DNA of 64,000 nucleotides. Source: Octopus sinensis (lineage: Eukaryota). The stretch is from contig NC_043000.1 in NCBI RefSeq assembly GCF_006345805.1, positions 7,316,001 to 7,380,000 of the forward strand, in the 5' to 3' direction. Under the pieces are notes generated by a model. It did not search any database, had not been told where the DNA came from, and saw only the letters and a list, made by a program, of their open reading frames with translations. The translations under genes and the position numbers were made by a program. This document shows positions 63,789 to 64,000 of this stretch, one piece after another; within the stretch, counting starts at the first letter, position 1, and each line of letters begins with the position of its first letter.

Positions 63789-63818
63789 GTTTTGTGACAT
63801 AGTGGACCCAATGAAACA
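63789..63818 (+). CDS. HSF: Candidate 30-nt HSF microexon
   Basis: ttctttttttctgacag acceptor, gtaagt donor. Phase 2-2, open in frame with the preceding exon: (R)FCDIVDPMK(H/Q). Confidence 0.6.
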
Positions 63819-64000
63819 GTAAGTTATACACATACAAATGAGTTTGTGAAATTTTCCTTCTACTTTTACTTTGATGTTCCTTAAGGTTTTTATATTTCTG
63901 TTAATTCTTCATACAACTGTGTATTTGTATTACAATATTAAAAGGACACTATGGTCACTACGATGTTTAGTACATGCTTATAAGCTATCTGGAAAGTCCT

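Overview
AT-rich, repeat-dense animal genomic DNA. It is most consistent with an octopus or other coleoid cephalopod; this is an inference from the tRNA-SINE, RTE LINE and microsatellite content. The only host gene I can support is a + strand heat shock factor (HSF) gene. Six GT-AG exons join in frame (37808-37932, 49401-49525, 52130-52205, 56554-56739, 61155-61325, 63251-63393), and there is a candidate 30-nt microexon at 63789-63818. I did not find the first DNA-binding-domain exons, and the 3' end lies beyond the window. The rest is mostly transposon material: a near-intact RTE LINE with a PHD-type zinc finger downstream of its RT core, many RTE fragments, a decayed Helitron Rep/helicase, non-autonomous Helitrons, CR1-, Penelope-, hAT- and mariner-like remnants, TTAA-flanked MITEs and several tRNA-derived SINE families. 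The most notable observations are two hammerhead-ribozyme cores (one inside a 170-bp insert with an 11-bp TSD), an 18-bp hairpin-rich minisatellite just upstream of an HSF exon, inverted RTE copies bracketing a symmetric HSF exon, and a perfect 57-bp inverted repeat. Nearly all short ORFs in the supplied track are repeat artefacts. Repeat boundaries are approximate unless a TSD or TIR is cited.
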